Shown here in pieces: positions 37,859 to 38,220 of a DNA stretch of 38,220 bases. Position numbers and translations under genes: made by a program. Within the stretch, counting starts at the first letter, position 1; each line of letters starts with the position of its first letter. The stretch spans positions 45,522,976-45,561,195 of the forward strand of contig NC_068992.1 of NCBI RefSeq assembly GCF_001194135.2, read 5' to 3'. The DNA is from Octopus bimaculoides (Eukaryota). The notes beneath the pieces were generated by a model, which saw nothing but the letters and a program-made list of their open reading frames with translations, searched no databases and was not told where the DNA came from.

Positions 37859-38220
37859 CGATGATTATTTACATGCCAATTTTGATTTATCTACTGGCGA
37901 TCGTTCAATTTTGACTTATCTACTGGCGATGTACTATAACGTCGATTATTTAGATGCCAATTTTGACTTATCTACTGGTGATGTACTACAACGTCGATTA
38001 TTTAGATGCCAATTTTGATTTATCTACTGGCGATGTACTATAACGTCGATTATTTAGATGCCAATTTTGACTTATTTACTGGCGATGTACTACAACGTCG
38101 ATTATTTAGATGCCAATTTTGATTTATCTACTGGTGATGTACTACAACGTCGATTATTTAGATGCCAATTTTGATTTATCTACTGGTGATGTACTACAAC
38201 GTCGATTATTTAGATGCCAA
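37813..38220. repeat. 52-bp tandem repeat (minisatellite), about 8 units, continues off the window
   Basis: Unit ttatttagatgccaattttga(c/t)ttat(c/t)tactgg(c/t)gatgtacta(t/c)aacgtcga. The gatgcc motif recurs at 37820, 37872 (catgcc), 37953, 38005, 38057, 38109, 38161 and 38213, with one 29-nt irregularity in unit 2. Confidence 0.97.

Noticed and set aside
37813-38220. CRISPR-like array
   Set aside because: Units are contiguous 52-bp near-identical repeats with no unique spacers, there are no cas genes, and the context is eukaryotic.

Overview
This is eukaryotic, AT-rich, microsatellite-dense genomic DNA with 10 assembly gaps (about 3.5 kb of N, mostly flanked by AT/AC repeats). The SINE repertoire and repeat density suggest a cephalopod, probably Octopus; that is inference from recalled repeat families, not a database result. 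No prokaryotic genes, rRNA, true tRNA genes or CRISPR arrays are supported, and most ORFs in the supplied track are microsatellite or N-gap artefacts. What can be supported is a set of transposon fossils: a near full-length Tc1-type DNA transposon with DD36E spacing (27779-29024), a Tx1/L1-clade RT fragment joined directly to an R4/Dong-like restriction-like endonuclease (RLE) 3' end (31464-33451), an RTE-clade 3' fragment, a very decayed HERO/NeSL-like RLE fragment, a Penelope-like GIY-YIG fragment running into a 52-bp tandem array at the window end, and about eight tRNA-derived SINE copies of several families. Several short, splice-site-bounded open segments may be exons of a host gene, the best being a phase-compatible minus-strand set at 14.8-16.8 kb. 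I could not identify a product, and they remain low confidence. The observations most worth following up are the Penelope/52-bp array coupling, the Tx1-RLE junction and the DD36E element. None is demonstrated to be a novel functional system.
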